Counted from the first letter of the stretch, positions 29,179-39,981 are shown. The stretch is 64,000 bases of DNA from Candidatus Hydrogenedentota bacterium (GCA_029974275.1 JARKSN010000030.1:1-64000), one strand, 5' to 3'. Translations and numbers: made by a program. The notes: a model not told the origin generated them from the letters alone.

Positions 29179-30846
29179 ATGGGACGCAAATACGTTATCG
29201 GGTTGGACTATGGGACGGAATCGGGTCGCGCCATTTTGGTGGCGGTGGACAATGGCGAGGAAATCGCGACGGCGGTGCAGCCGTATCCGGATTGCGTGAT
29301 CGACGACGTGTTGCCGGGCACGGGCAAGAAGCTCGGGCCGGATTGGGCGCTGCAGAACCCGCGCAACTACATCTATGTCATTGAACAGACCATCCCGAAG
29401 GTGCTTGCGTCGAGTGGCGTGAAGGGCGAGGACGTCATCGGTATCGGCACGGACTTCACCTCGTGCACGATGTTGCCGACGGACAAAGATGGCACGCCGT
29501 TGTGCATGAAGCCGGAGTTCGCGGATAACCCGCACGCGTGGGTGAAGTTGTGGAAACACCACGCCGCGCAACCGGAAGCGGACAAGATCAACGAGATCGC
29601 GCGGCAACGCAACGAACCGTGGCTCGCGCGCTACGGCGGCAAGATTTCGAGCGAATGGTTCTTCCCGAAGGCGTTGCAAATTCTCGATGAGGCGCCCGAA
29701 GTCTATGCGGCGGCGGACCGCCTTATCGAGGCGGGCGACTGGATCGTGTGGTACCTGTGCGGCGAGGAAAAGCGCAACGCCTGCGCGGCGGGCTACAAGG
29801 CCATCTGGGACGAAGGCTATCCCTCCAACGATTTCTTCAAGGCGCTTGACCCGCGCTTTGAGCACGTCATCGACGAAAAGATGAGCCGCGACATTTACCC
29901 GAACGGCGTTCGCGCGGGCGGCCTGCGCAAGGAAGTCGCGGAGAAGGTTGGCCTTGTGCCGGGTACGGCGGTGGCCACCGGCGCGGTCGATGCGCACGTG
30001 GCCGTGCCCGCGTGTGCCGTCAGCGATGAGGGCAAACTCGTCATGATCATGGGCACCAGCCTGTGCCACATGGTCTGCGGCACCGAGAAGACCTCGATCG
30101 CCGGTCTGTGCGGCGTCGTGAAGGACGGCATCCTGCCGGGGTACTACGGCTACGAGGCCGGTCAATCCGCGGTCGGCGATATCTTCGCGTGGTTCGTCGA
30201 GAACTGCGTGCCCGCGTCCATCGCGACCGATGCCGCAAAGCAAGGCATGGACATCCACGGCTACCTCGGCAAACAGGCCGAACAACTCAAGGTCGGCGAG
30301 TCGGGCGTGCTCTGTCTCGACTGGTGGAACGGCAACCGCAGCATCCTCGTCGATACGGACTTGACCGGGTTGATGGTCGGCATGACCCTCGCCACGACGC
30401 CCGCCGAGATGTACCGCGCCGTGCTCGAATGCACCGCCTTTGGCACGAACAAGATCATCAAGCAACTCGACGAAGGCGGCTGCCAGATCAAAGAGCTGTA
30501 TGCCTGCGGCGGCCTGCCCGGCAAGAACCCACTGCTGATGCAGATATATGCCGATGTGACGGGACGCGACATCAAGATCAGCGCCAGCGACCAGACCGTC
30601 GCCCTCGGCGGCGCGATGTGGGGCGCGGTGGCGGCAGGCGCGAAGGCCGGCGGGTACGACACCATCCACGACGCTGCGCAAAAGATGGCCCGCCTGCGCG
30701 ACACCGTCTACCGTCCCAACCCCGAGAACCACAAGGCGTACCAAGCGCTCTTCGCCGAGTACGAGCGCCTCCACGACCTCTTCGGACGCGGCGGCGACAA
30801 CGTCATGCGCACCTTGAAAGCCATGCGCCGCGCCGCCCACGGATAG
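29179..30846 (+). CDS. araB: L-ribulokinase
   Basis: [44 protein letters not shown]. Confidence 0.93.
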   Translation: MGRKYVIGLDYGTESGRAILVAVDNGEEIATAVQPYPDCVIDDVLPGTGKKLGPDWALQNPRNYIYVIEQTIPKVLASSGVKGEDVIGIGTDFTSCTMLPTDKDGTPLCMKPEFADNPHAWVKLWKHHAAQPEADKINEIARQRNEPWLARYGGKISSEWFFPKALQILDEAPEVYAAADRLIEAGDWIVWYLCGEEKRNACAAGYKAIWDEGYPSNDFFKALDPRFEHVIDEKMSRDIYPNGVRAGGLRKEVAEKVGLVPGTAVATGAVDAHVAVPACAVSDEGKLVMIMGTSLCHMVCGTEKTSIAGLCGVVKDGILPGYYGYEAGQSAVGDIFAWFVENCVPASIATDAAKQGMDIHGYLGKQAEQLKVGESGVLCLDWWNGNRSILVDTDLTGLMVGMTLATTPAEMYRAVLECTAFGTNKIIKQLDEGGCQIKELYACGGLPGKNPLLMQIYADVTGRDIKISASDQTVALGGAMWGAVAAGAKAGGYDTIHDAAQKMARLRDTVYRPNPENHKAYQALFAEYERLHDLFGRGGDNVMRTLKAMRRAAHG

Positions 30847-30865
30847 TAAGGACAAAGACCGAAGC

Positions 30866-30938
30866 CCGCCCGGCACAGAGACCGGGCGCTACAGGATTTT
30901 GTATTCGTAGCGTCCGGTCTCCGTGCCGGGCGGTTTTT
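30866..30938. repeat. Inverted pair of GTAG-type REP-like units; likely araB terminator
   Basis: 27-bp arms 30866-30892 and 30907-30933 (25/27 complementary), each GTAG plus internal hairpin; followed by TTTTT. Confidence 0.75.
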
Positions 30939-31038
30939 GTTGTGCGTCGCGGCAAGAAATCGCAATGGGACGGCTTCCTGCATTACAATTGCTTTTCGCC
31001 GATCACAGGAAAACCGCGCTGGGTGTTGTCGGATTTTC

Positions 31039-31176
31039 AACGCAGAGGCGCGGAGTTCGCAGAGGAAAGAAGAACAGGAATTAACGCAACGGCACAAAGG
31101 AACGAAGACGCAAAGAAAATCGAAATTCTTCCCCCTTTGTGTTCCTCTGTGTCCTTTGTGTCTTTGTGGTGAATCT
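31039..31176. repeat. Dispersed ~9-nt-periodic hairpin repeat, copy 1
   Basis: CGCAGAG/CACAAAG units followed by CTTTGTG/CTCTGTG units; 31144-31176 is 30/33 identical to 63895-63927. Confidence 0.7.
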
Positions 31177-31198
31177 AAAATTTTAGGGGATCATTACT

Positions 31199-32257
31199 AT
31201 GCGCAAGGAATCGCTGGAGTTTTTGAAAAAGTTGGTCACGACGCCAAGCCCTTCGGGGTGTGAAGAGCGGGTGCAGGCGTTGTGCCGGGAGTATGTCGCG
31301 GAACATGTGGATGATGTGTACAAGGACGTGCATGGCAATCAGTATGCCGTGCGGAATCCGAAGGGAAAGTTGCGCGTCATGCTGGCGGGGCATGTCGATG
31401 AGATCGCGTTGATGGTGAATCATATTGACGATCGCGGGTTCATCGGGTTCGTGCCGGTGGGCGGGATCGATGCGGCGGTGCTCGAAGGCCAGCGAGTCGT
31501 CGCACACGGCGCGAAGGGCGATGTGCCGGGCGTCATCGGGCGGCGGGCGATCCATCTCACCGAGCAGGAAGACCGCAACAAGTGTTCGAAGATGCATCAG
31601 ATGTGGATCGACATCGGCGCGAAGGACAAGAAGGACGCGCAGAAGGCGGTCGCGGTGGGCGATCCGATCACCATCGACGTGGGCTATGCGGCGTTGCGCG
31701 GCGATCGCGTCGTGGCGCGGGCCTTTGACGATCGCATCGGCGCGTTTGTGTGCCTGGAAGCGATGCGGGCAATCGCGAAGCGCAAGGTGAACTGCGCGGT
31801 GTTTTGCGTCACGACGGTGCAGGAGGAGATCGGCCTGCGTGGCGCGACGACGAGCAGTTACGGCTGCAATCCGCACGCAGGCATCGCGGTGGACGTGTCG
31901 CATGCGACGGATCATCCGCATGTCGATGGCCCGCGATACGGCGCCACGAAGCTTGATGCGGGGCCGATTCTCGCGCGCGGGCCGAACATCAACCCAGCGC
32001 TTGGCAGGATGCTCGTGGACACGGCAACGAAGCACAAAATTCCGCACCAGATCACTGCCCAGCCGCGCGCCACGGGCACCGATGCAAACGCGATGCAATT
32101 GAGCCGCAACGGCGTGGCGACGGCGCTTGTCAGCATTCCAATGCGGTACATGCACACGCCGGTCGAGATGATTTCGTTGACGGACGTGGGGCATTGCATC
32201 AAGCTGATCACCGAGTGGGTGTGCTCGTTGAAGGCGGAGGCGTCGTTCATTCCATAG
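31199..32257 (+). CDS. M42 family aminopeptidase
   Basis: GHVDEI, AFDDR, QEEIGLRGA, GTDA, RYMHTP. Confidence 0.94.
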   Translation: MRKESLEFLKKLVTTPSPSGCEERVQALCREYVAEHVDDVYKDVHGNQYAVRNPKGKLRVMLAGHVDEIALMVNHIDDRGFIGFVPVGGIDAAVLEGQRVVAHGAKGDVPGVIGRRAIHLTEQEDRNKCSKMHQMWIDIGAKDKKDAQKAVAVGDPITIDVGYAALRGDRVVARAFDDRIGAFVCLEAMRAIAKRKVNCAVFCVTTVQEEIGLRGATTSSYGCNPHAGIAVDVSHATDHPHVDGPRYGATKLDAGPILARGPNINPALGRMLVDTATKHKIPHQITAQPRATGTDANAMQLSRNGVATALVSIPMRYMHTPVEMISLTDVGHCIKLITEWVCSLKAEASFIP

Positions 32258-32263
32258 AGGGGG

Positions 32264-33667
32264 ATGGGGACCATGTTCAAGTTTGCGTTGACCGTCACGG
32301 CATTCATAGGAGGAGGGATTTTGGTGGCTAGCGCAGGTTTTGCCCAATCACTGCCGCCGGAGCGGCAGATCACGTCCTCGCCGAAGAATCACATGCTTGA
32401 CAACAACGACAACTTTTCGGCGGACGGGCGTTTCCTCTGCTACGACACGCGCGAAACCGTCGGGCCGGGCATCGACAATAGTCAGACCATCGAGAAGGTC
32501 GAAATCGCGACGGGCAAGGAAACGGTGTTGTATGCGCCGAAGACGCAGGCCGGTGCGCAACCCGCCCCAGGCATCGGCGCGGCGTCGTATTGTCCCGTCG
32601 TGGACAAGGTCGTTTTCATTCACGGGCCGCTGCTGGAACAGGTGGCTGAGCGCGGGCCGTATGCGAAGACCAACCGAACCGGCGTCGAGGTTTCCGCCGA
32701 TGGCAGCCAGGCATTGACGCGGCTTGATGCGCGTGATGTGGACAATACGCGCCTGACCACGCCCGGCGCGCATCGCGGCGGAACGCACCGACACGAGTAT
32801 ACGGCGGACGGCAAACGGATCGGCTTTACGTATGATGATCATTTGCTGCCGAATTATGATCGCACCATCGGCTACATGGAAGCGAATCCGAAAGCGCCTG
32901 CAGGCGTAACGCATTATTTCGCGGCGCTCGTGCCGATTGCGCCGAAGGGGACGTCGCGCGCGGGAGAGTTGGAGAAGGCTGCCGGCGATTCGTGGGTGGG
33001 CAGACAAGGTCTGATGCGCGCGTTCATCGGCAAGGTGCGCTGCGACGACGGAACGACGTATGAGAACTCGCTCTTCGTCGTGGACATTCCCGCGTCGGTC
33101 GACATCACGACGGCGCATTCCGGAGGCTCCGGTCAGTTTCCCGCGCCGCCCGCAGGCGTTCACGTGCGGCGATTGACGCATGCCCACGCCGAAGGCATCG
33201 TGCGGGGGGCTCCATCGGGCGATCGCATTGCGTATCTTGCGGCAGGAGAAGACGGCACGCGGCAGGTCTATGTCATCGCTAGCGACGGATCGGACAAGGA
33301 TGAGAATCCCGCCAAACGCCCCTTCCAGCTTACCGAGTTGCCCAAGGGCGTAACGGGGGATTTGCGGTGGCATCCCTCTGGCAATTCGATCGCATGCATC
33401 AGCAACAACGGCATCGTGACGACCTGCGTCGCGCCGGGCCCCCGGTTTGGGCAATCGGTTTTTCTAACGGCGCAGGGCGATGCGCCGGAGCGCAGTCAAT
33501 TGGTTTGGTCGCCGGATGGCGCCACGCTGGCGTATTGCAAGCCCGCGCCCACGCGCGATGCGAACGGACAGCCTGCAAAGACTTACAATGGGAAGGATTG
33601 TGTGCAGATTTTCACGATCGCTTTTCCCGACGCCAACAAGGACGGCATCGCGGATCTGGCTTCGTGA
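32264..33667 (+). CDS. YidR/DUF3748-like exported beta-propeller protein
   Basis: Signal peptide; NFSADGRFLCYDTR, PGAHRGGTHRH, FTYDDH, WSPDG. Confidence 0.7.
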   Translation: MGTMFKFALTVTAFIGGGILVASAGFAQSLPPERQITSSPKNHMLDNNDNFSADGRFLCYDTRETVGPGIDNSQTIEKVEIATGKETVLYAPKTQAGAQPAPGIGAASYCPVVDKVVFIHGPLLEQVAERGPYAKTNRTGVEVSADGSQALTRLDARDVDNTRLTTPGAHRGGTHRHEYTADGKRIGFTYDDHLLPNYDRTIGYMEANPKAPAGVTHYFAALVPIAPKGTSRAGELEKAAGDSWVGRQGLMRAFIGKVRCDDGTTYENSLFVVDIPASVDITTAHSGGSGQFPAPPAGVHVRRLTHAHAEGIVRGAPSGDRIAYLAAGEDGTRQVYVIASDGSDKDENPAKRPFQLTELPKGVTGDLRWHPSGNSIACISNNGIVTTCVAPGPRFGQSVFLTAQGDAPERSQLVWSPDGATLAYCKPAPTRDANGQPAKTYNGKDCVQIFTIAFPDANKDGIADLAS

Positions 33668-33676
33668 TCCGCGCGG

Positions 33677-34831
33677 CTATGCCCCCACCCATCGTTTCCA
33701 CGTTTCCATGAAGCGGCGATGAAGCGGGTAGGCTTGGGCGTCGCCAAGTTCGCGGAATTTTTCGATGAGTTCGCGCTGCTCTCGGGTGAGTTTGCTGGGG
33801 ATTTCGACCTGGACGCGGACGATTTGGTCGCCTTTGTGGTAGCCGCGCACATCGGGAATGCCCATGCCGCGCAGCCGGAATTGCTGGCCAGGCTGCGTGC
33901 CTGCGGGCACCTTCACTTCGGCCTCTCCGGTCAGGGTCGGAACATGAATCGTATCGCCGAGCGCGGCTTGCGTGAAGCTAATCGGCACCTCACAGACAAC
34001 GTCGTTTCCGTCTCGCGTGAAGATATCATCTTGTTTCACTTCAATGTATATATACAGATCTCCGTGCGGCGCGCCCGGATCCCCCGGCTCCCCTTCTCCG
34101 GTCACGCGCAATCGCGATCCGGTGTCGACGCCGGGAGGGATGTCGATGGTGAGATCGCGCGTTACGCGAACGCGTCCGGCCCCGGCGCATGCGGGGCAAG
34201 GCCGGGCGATAATCGATCCGCCTCCCCGGCAGCGCGGACACGTTTGGGTGACGCTGAAAAAGCCCTGTGCGCGCCGTATCTGGCCGCTGCCGTTGCAGTC
34301 GGGGCATGGCTTGGGATCCGTGCCCGGCGCCGCGCCCGTTCCTTTGCAATCGTGGCATGAGTCCATGCGGGAAAGGCGAATTTTTTTCTTGACGCCTGCG
34401 GCGGCCTCGCGCAGGGTGATCGCGACGCGATATTCGAGGTCGCTGCCCGGCCGGCTTTGACGTCTTCTTCCGCCCCCCCCGCCGCCGCGCCCAAATAGGA
34501 CGTCGAAGAAATCCTCGAACGGCGCATCGAATCCCGCGCTGCCGCTCCCCCCGCCGAAACCGAATCCGCCGCCAAAACCGGGGCCGCCGCCCGAGAAGGC
34601 GTCCGCCGTGCCGAATTGGTCATAGCGGGCGCGCTTCTCCGGGTTTTTCAGGACGTCGTACGCTTCGTTGATCTCTTTGAGCTTGTCTTCAGCGGCCTTG
34701 TCGCCTCCCGTTTTGTCGGGATGGTATTTGTGAGCCAGCTTGAGATAAGCCTTCCGGATCTGGTCGGCGGGCGCATCGCGCGGCACGCCGAGCAGTTCAT
34801 AATAGTCTTTGGATTTGGACATGGCGCTCAT
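33677..34831 (-). CDS. dnaJ: Chaperone DnaJ
   Basis: J domain with HPD, G/F region, four CxxCxGxG repeats. Confidence 0.97.
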   Translation of the reverse strand: MSAMSKSKDYYELLGVPRDAPADQIRKAYLKLAHKYHPDKTGGDKAAEDKLKEINEAYDVLKNPEKRARYDQFGTADAFSGGGPGFGGGFGFGGGSGSAGFDAPFEDFFDVLFGRGGGGGGRRRQSRPGSDLEYRVAITLREAAAGVKKKIRLSRMDSCHDCKGTGAAPGTDPKPCPDCNGSGQIRRAQGFFSVTQTCPRCRGGGSIIARPCPACAGAGRVRVTRDLTIDIPPGVDTGSRLRVTGEGEPGDPGAPHGDLYIYIEVKQDDIFTRDGNDVVCEVPISFTQAALGDTIHVPTLTGEAEVKVPAGTQPGQQFRLRGMGIPDVRGYHKGDQIVRVQVEIPSKLTREQRELIEKFRELGDAQAYPLHRRFMETWKRWVGA

Positions 34832-34883
34832 TATAGATAGTTACCGTTATGTCGGCAATATGCCTGATCTCTCATGGTTTGGG

Positions 34884-36824
34884 TTACTTGTCTTTTTGCT
34901 CGTCGTCCACAACGGTGAAATCGGCGTCCATCGTCGAGCCCGAATTGGATCCTGTGTTTGCCGAACCATCATCGCCTGGGGCGGCGCCGCTCGCAGCGCC
35001 GTCGGGGCTTGCTTGAGCTTGCGCGGCCGCGGCGGCGTACATGGCTTCGCCCAGTTTTTGCGCCGCCGCCGCGAGGCCGTTCGTCGCCTGTTCGATAGCC
35101 GTGACGTCTTCGCCTTTGAGGGCATTGCGCAAGGTTTCCGTGGCGGCTTCGATCTTGGCCTTTTCGGACGCGTCCACCTTGTCGCCGTATTCTTTTAACG
35201 ACTTCTCCGTCGAGTACAGCATCGAGTCCGCGTTGTTGCGAACTTCGATGCCCTTGCGCCGCTCGTGGTCTTCTTTCGCATGGGCTTCGGCGTCTTTGAC
35301 CATGCGCTCGACGTCAGCGTCGGACAGGCCGCTTGACGACTCGATGCGGATTTTCTGTTCCTTGCCCGTGGCCAGGTCCTTCGCGGCCACGTGAACGATG
35401 CCGTTGGCGTCGATGTCGAACGCGACCTCGATTTGCGGCACACCGCGCGGGGCGGGCGGGATGCCGATGAGGTCGAAGCGTCCCAGCGTGCGGTTGTCTG
35501 CCGCCATTTCGCGTTCGCCCTGCAGCACGTGAATCGTCACGGCGGTTTGGCCATCGGCGGCCGTCGAGAATATCTGCCGCTTGGTCACGGGAATCGTCGT
35601 GTTGCGTTCGATGAGTTTGGTGCAGATGCCGCCCAGGGTTTCGATGCCGAGGGACAACGGCGTAACGTCGAGCAGGAGCACGTCTTTCACGTCGCCGGAC
35701 AACACGCCCGCCTGGATCGCCGCGCCCACGGCGACGACTTCATCGGGGTTCACGCCGCGGTGCGGCTCTTTGCCGAAGATTGACTTGACGATCTCGCCGA
35801 CTGCCGGCATGCGCGTCATGCCGCCGACGAGAATGACCTCGTCGATGTCGGACGCTTTGACGCTCGCGTCTTCGAGGGCGCGATAGCATGGGCCTTTTGT
35901 CCGCTGCAGCAAATCGTCGCAAAGTTGTTCGAGCTTGGCGCGCGTCAGCGTGTAGTTCATATGTTTCGGGCCCGATGCGTCCGCCGTGATGAACGGCAGG
36001 TTGATGTCGGTCTGCATGGTCGACGACAACTCGCACTTGGCCTTTTCGGCGGCCTCCTTGAGGCGCTGGAGGGCCATCGGGTCCTTGCGCAGGTCGATGC
36101 CTTGGTCCTTGAGGAATTCGTTCGCGAGCCAATCGATGACGCGCTGATCGAAGTCGTCGCCGCCGAGATGCGTGTCGCCGTTCGTGCTCAGCACTTCGAA
36201 GCTATCGTCGCCGATCGCGAGGATCGAGATATCGAAGGTGCCGCCGCCGAGGTCGTACACCGCGACTTTCTCGTTCTTTTTGCGGTCGAGGCCATACGCC
36301 AACGCGGCCGCCGTCGGTTCGTTGATGATGCGCAGGACTTCGAGTCCGGCGATCTTGCCGGCGTCTTTGGTGGCCTGGCGTTGCGAGTCGTTGAAGTACG
36401 CAGGCACGGTGATGACGGCCTGGGTGACGGTCGCGCCCAGATAGGTTTCGGCGGTCTCTTTCATCTTACGCAGAATCATCGCCGACACCTCGGGCGGACG
36501 ATGTTTCTGGCCCTGCACCTCGACCTGGCAATCGCCGGAAGGCGTTGCGGACACTTTGTACGGCACCAGTTTTTCTTCCGAGCCGACTTCCGAGTACTGG
36601 CGGCCCATGAAGCGTTTGATCGAGAAGACCGTGTTCTGCGGATTGGTGATGGCCTGACGCTTGGCCGCCGCGCCGACAAGGCGCTCGCCGTCACGCGTGA
36701 ATGCGACCACCGAAGGCGTGGTCCGGTTGCCTTCCGTGTTGGCGATGACGGTCGGTTCGCCGCCTTCCATGACAGCCACGCACGAATTGGCCGTGCCCAG
36801 GTCAATGCCGATGACTTTACCCAT
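34884..36824 (-). CDS. dnaK: Chaperone DnaK (Hsp70)
   Basis: [39 protein letters not shown]. Confidence 0.98.
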   Translation of the reverse strand: MGKVIGIDLGTANSCVAVMEGGEPTVIANTEGNRTTPSVVAFTRDGERLVGAAAKRQAITNPQNTVFSIKRFMGRQYSEVGSEEKLVPYKVSATPSGDCQVEVQGQKHRPPEVSAMILRKMKETAETYLGATVTQAVITVPAYFNDSQRQATKDAGKIAGLEVLRIINEPTAAALAYGLDRKKNEKVAVYDLGGGTFDISILAIGDDSFEVLSTNGDTHLGGDDFDQRVIDWLANEFLKDQGIDLRKDPMALQRLKEAAEKAKCELSSTMQTDINLPFITADASGPKHMNYTLTRAKLEQLCDDLLQRTKGPCYRALEDASVKASDIDEVILVGGMTRMPAVGEIVKSIFGKEPHRGVNPDEVVAVGAAIQAGVLSGDVKDVLLLDVTPLSLGIETLGGICTKLIERNTTIPVTKRQIFSTAADGQTAVTIHVLQGEREMAADNRTLGRFDLIGIPPAPRGVPQIEVAFDIDANGIVHVAAKDLATGKEQKIRIESSSGLSDADVERMVKDAEAHAKEDHERRKGIEVRNNADSMLYSTEKSLKEYGDKVDASEKAKIEAATETLRNALKGEDVTAIEQATNGLAAAAQKLGEAMYAAAAAQAQASPDGAASGAAPGDDGSANTGSNSGSTMDADFTVVDDEQKDK

Positions 36825-36882
36825 TGCTGTACAACCTCCTTATTGCTACCGAGGGGCCAATCGCCCCTGGTTCGTCTGTTCG

Positions 36883-37527
36883 TTATTCCGCCGGGCTTGC
36901 CTCGCAGGGCGCGCCCATGTTTACGACTACTTTCGACGCGCGCAACACCTGATCGCCCAGGCGATATCCGCGCTGGAACTCGCGGACGACCGTCATCTCG
37001 GGGACGTCCGCCGAGGACTCTTGCATGACCGCCTCATGATGGTTCGGGTCGAACACTTCGCCCACTGCCGGAATTGGCGTCACGCCGTGCCGCGTCAGCA
37101 CGTCTGTGAACTGCTTCAACACCAGTTCGACGCCCTCGCGCAGGGCCGCCGGTTCGCCCTCAGCATGCTGCAACGCCAACTCCAAATGGTCCACGACGGG
37201 GAGCAAGTCGCGCATAAGCCCCTCGGCGGCCGTCTTGCGAATGCGTTCTTGATCGCGCATCATGCGTTTGCGGAAGTTTTCGAATTCCGCGCGCGCACGC
37301 AGCACCTGATCCTGCAATGCGTCTCGTTCGCGCAACGCTTTTTCGCACGCCGCCGCGATCGCCGTTCCGTCTTCCGGCTCCGTGATCATGTCCACCACGT
37401 CGCCGTCCCGCAGGGCGTCCGATTCCGAATCTTCAATGGACGCGTCCAGGCGCGCCGTTTCCTCCGGAGGCGCCGCCGTCGTATCCGCTTCGTTATCGTG
37501 TTTCTTGTGCTTCATTCGTTCTCCCAC
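36883..37527 (-). CDS. grpE: Nucleotide exchange factor GrpE
   Basis: RAEFENFRKR, LLPVVD, FDPNHHEA, GYRLGDQVLR; start could be ATG 37515. Confidence 0.95.
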   Translation of the reverse strand: MGERMKHKKHDNEADTTAAPPEETARLDASIEDSESDALRDGDVVDMITEPEDGTAIAAACEKALRERDALQDQVLRARAEFENFRKRMMRDQERIRKTAAEGLMRDLLPVVDHLELALQHAEGEPAALREGVELVLKQFTDVLTRHGVTPIPAVGEVFDPNHHEAVMQESSADVPEMTVVREFQRGYRLGDQVLRASKVVVNMGAPCEASPAE

Positions 37528-37546
37528 ATCTGCCGCGCTGCGCCCA

Positions 37547-38605
37547 TCACCCCGCCAGCCGCGTCAGTAGTCGGCTCAACGCGCCGGCCGTGTAGTCGAC
37601 CAGGGCCGTCAAGCGGGAATAGGGCATGCGGCGCGGTCCGAGCACGCCGACCATTCCAGCGGTCTTGTTGCCGACACAATACGGCGAGGCGACTACGCTT
37701 ATATCCTTGAATTCCAGTTCGTTCGTTTCCGACCCGATCACCACGGTCGCCCGGGGCGGGCCATCTTGCGCGACGAAGCCGCGCAGAATGTGCGCCAGGC
37801 GTTCGCGTTCCTCCAACAGCGTGAACACGCTGCGCGCCTTGGCGACGTCATGAAACTCCGGCTGCTCGAAAAGTTGCGTCGCGCCTTCCAAGAACAACTG
37901 CCCTTGCCGCAACGATGGAAGCAACGAGAACATCTCGACCGCCACGTCCGCAAGACGCCGTTGTTCCGCCGCGAAGGCGTCCAGTTTACGTTGCAAAACG
38001 GCTCGCAACTGGTCTGCCGGCTCTCCCGACAACTGACTGTTCAAAAACCGGTTCAATGCGGCGAAATCGTCGCCGGAAACCGTTCGCTCCAGATTGACCA
38101 GCGTCGTGCGCACCCCTCCGAAATTGTCGGCCACCATGACTGCGAAACGCGTCGCCGCTATCGGCACGACTTCGATCCGGCGCACGAGCGCCTGGCTGTC
38201 GCGCGCCGAGTCGACCAAGCCCGTCTGATGGGACACCAAGGCGAGCAAGTGGCTGGTCTGCCGCATGATGTCGTCGGAATCGTGAAGCCGCTGCGACAAT
38301 TCTCGTTCGATACGGTCGCGCTCCGAGATCGTCAGTTCCTGGATGCGCATCAAATAGTCGACGTAATAACGATATCCTCGATCCGTCGGAACCCGCCCCG
38401 AACTCGTGTGCAATTGTTCGAGATATCCCGCTTCTTCCAAATCGGCCATGGCGTTGCGCACGGTCGCTGGGCTCAAATCCAGGTCAAAGCGCTTCACGAT
38501 GGTTCGCGATCCCACCGCTTCCGCCGTGGTGATATACGTATGCACCACTGCGTGCAGAATCAGTTGTTCGCGTTCGTTGAGTTCGCGGCCTGGGGTCATT
38601 GCCAT
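37547..38605 (-). CDS. hrcA: Heat-inducible transcription repressor HrcA
   Basis: VGSRTI, SPATVRN.MADLE, HTSSGRVPTD.GYRYYVD, LGPRRMPY. Confidence 0.96.
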   Translation of the reverse strand: MAMTPGRELNEREQLILHAVVHTYITTAEAVGSRTIVKRFDLDLSPATVRNAMADLEEAGYLEQLHTSSGRVPTDRGYRYYVDYLMRIQELTISERDRIERELSQRLHDSDDIMRQTSHLLALVSHQTGLVDSARDSQALVRRIEVVPIAATRFAVMVADNFGGVRTTLVNLERTVSGDDFAALNRFLNSQLSGEPADQLRAVLQRKLDAFAAEQRRLADVAVEMFSLLPSLRQGQLFLEGATQLFEQPEFHDVAKARSVFTLLEERERLAHILRGFVAQDGPPRATVVIGSETNELEFKDISVVASPYCVGNKTAGMVGVLGPRRMPYSRLTALVDYTAGALSRLLTRLAG

Positions 38606-38615
38606 CACTCCAGAA

Positions 38616-38642
38616 TTAGCACTCAACAGATAAGAGTGCTAA
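38616..38642. promoter_or_regulatory. CIRCE operator (HrcA site)
   Basis: Perfect TTAGCACTC-N9-GAGTGCTAA immediately upstream of hrcA. Confidence 0.97.
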
Positions 38643-38653
38643 CAGCCATTGGG

Positions 38654-38682
38654 AGTCTACCATAACTACAGGGCCGTGTCAA
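38654..38682 (-). promoter_or_regulatory. Sigma70 promoter of hrcA-grpE-dnaK-dnaJ
   Basis: TTGACA-N17-TAGACT with TGn extension, just upstream of CIRCE. Confidence 0.8.
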
Positions 38683-38780
38683 GAAGCACAACGCCACGGC
38701 CTGAGTTAGCGAAAGGGCTCAAGCCTTTGTTGAAACTGGATTTACGCCTGGACGCCTGCGGGGGGATTCTCCGGGGAAAC

Positions 38781-38809
38781 TTGACAGTCCCGTAGAGCCC
38801 TGATACCAT
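38781..38809 (+). promoter_or_regulatory. Sigma70 promoter of the GT4 pair
   Basis: TTGACA-N17-TACCAT with TGn extension. Confidence 0.7.
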
Positions 38810-38834
38810 TCCGGTTCGGTGGGGGACGGGAAGC

Positions 38835-39956
38835 ATGCCACTCCAGATTGGGTTCGACATCAGCCCCGTGATCGAAAAACGCACCGGCGTGGGCAACTAC
38901 TGCTATTACCTTCTAAAACACTTGGTGGCGCTCGGGGAAGCGGAGTATGTTGGGTTTGCCTCTGGAACGGCGCGCATTGCGCTGGGGCCGCTCGCCGCTT
39001 CCGTGTCCCAGGTCCACGCGCCTCTTCCCACCCGTGCGCTGTATGGGCTGTGGAACGTCTTGGGATTCCCGGCGGTGGACCGCCTGTTGGGCGGGGTGGA
39101 TGTGTACCACGCCACGAATTTTTACCTCCCCCCAGTGCGGCAGGCCCGGACCGCGCTCACGATCCATGATTTGGCGTTCATGGCCTTGCCCGAGACATGC
39201 AGTCCGAAAATCGTCGGGCCATTTTCGCGAAGCATTCGGCGTTTTGCGCATCGCGCCGACGCGATTTTGGTTTATTCGGAGGCGACCCGACGGGATGTCG
39301 TCCGTTTTTTGGAGGCTCCCGCCGACAAGATAGCGATAGCCCCGATGGCGGTTGACGAGGGGTTTATCCCGATGGATCGTGACGAGGCCGTCGAGTGGGT
39401 CGCGGCGCACTATGGCATACGCCAGCCGTTCCTGCTCTTTGTGAGCACGCTCGAACCTCGCAAAAATGTGCCGGGGCTGCTCCGCGCGTTTGCCAAAGTG
39501 AAAAACCAACTCCCGCATTCTCTCGTGCTGATCGGGTCTGTCGGCTGGAATGCGGACGATATTTTCGAGACGATCGCCGCGTTGCGGATCGAAGACCGCG
39601 TGATTCGTCCCGGGTTCGTGCCGCACATGAAGCTCCCCGCGTTCTACTGCGCCGCCGATGCCTTCGTGTTTCCGACGCTATACGAAGGCTTCGGCCTGCC
39701 GTTGCTCGAGGCCTTGGCGTGCGGGTGCCCCGTCGTGACGGCGGACAACTCCTCCGTGCCCGAGGTGACCGGCGGCGCCGCGCTGATGAGTGCGGCCGAG
39801 GACGAGGACGCCGTGGCCGCCAATATCGTGCGCATCGTGAGCGATTCGGCGTTGCGCGAGGACCTCGTGCATCGGGGGCGCGCGCATGCCCAGCAGTACT
39901 CCTGGCGCGCCTGCGCCGAAAAAACCTTCGCCGTATACCGCGAATTGGCCGGATGA
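38835..39956 (+). CDS. Glycosyltransferase family 4 (mannosyltransferase-like)
   Basis: TGVGNY, TIHDL, TLEPRKN, YEGFGLPLLEA. Confidence 0.92.
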   Translation: MPLQIGFDISPVIEKRTGVGNYCYYLLKHLVALGEAEYVGFASGTARIALGPLAASVSQVHAPLPTRALYGLWNVLGFPAVDRLLGGVDVYHATNFYLPPVRQARTALTIHDLAFMALPETCSPKIVGPFSRSIRRFAHRADAILVYSEATRRDVVRFLEAPADKIAIAPMAVDEGFIPMDRDEAVEWVAAHYGIRQPFLLFVSTLEPRKNVPGLLRAFAKVKNQLPHSLVLIGSVGWNADDIFETIAALRIEDRVIRPGFVPHMKLPAFYCAADAFVFPTLYEGFGLPLLEALACGCPVVTADNSSVPEVTGGAALMSAAEDEDAVAANIVRIVSDSALREDLVHRGRAHAQQYSWRACAEKTFAVYRELAG

Positions 39957-39981
39957 TGACCATCCCGGCGGGAGCAACGTC

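Noticed and set aside
26051..30876. Long antisense ORFs (26051-27898, 29158-30876; likewise 21829-23823, 51895-53496, 53973-55838, 56971-58803)
   Set aside because: Shadow ORFs opposite clearly identified genes, expected from high-GC codon bias; no motifs or RBS.
30937..31263. ORFs with NAEARSSQR/LCVPLCPLCLCG low-complexity text
   Set aside because: Translations of the DNA repeat; no evidence for a protein.
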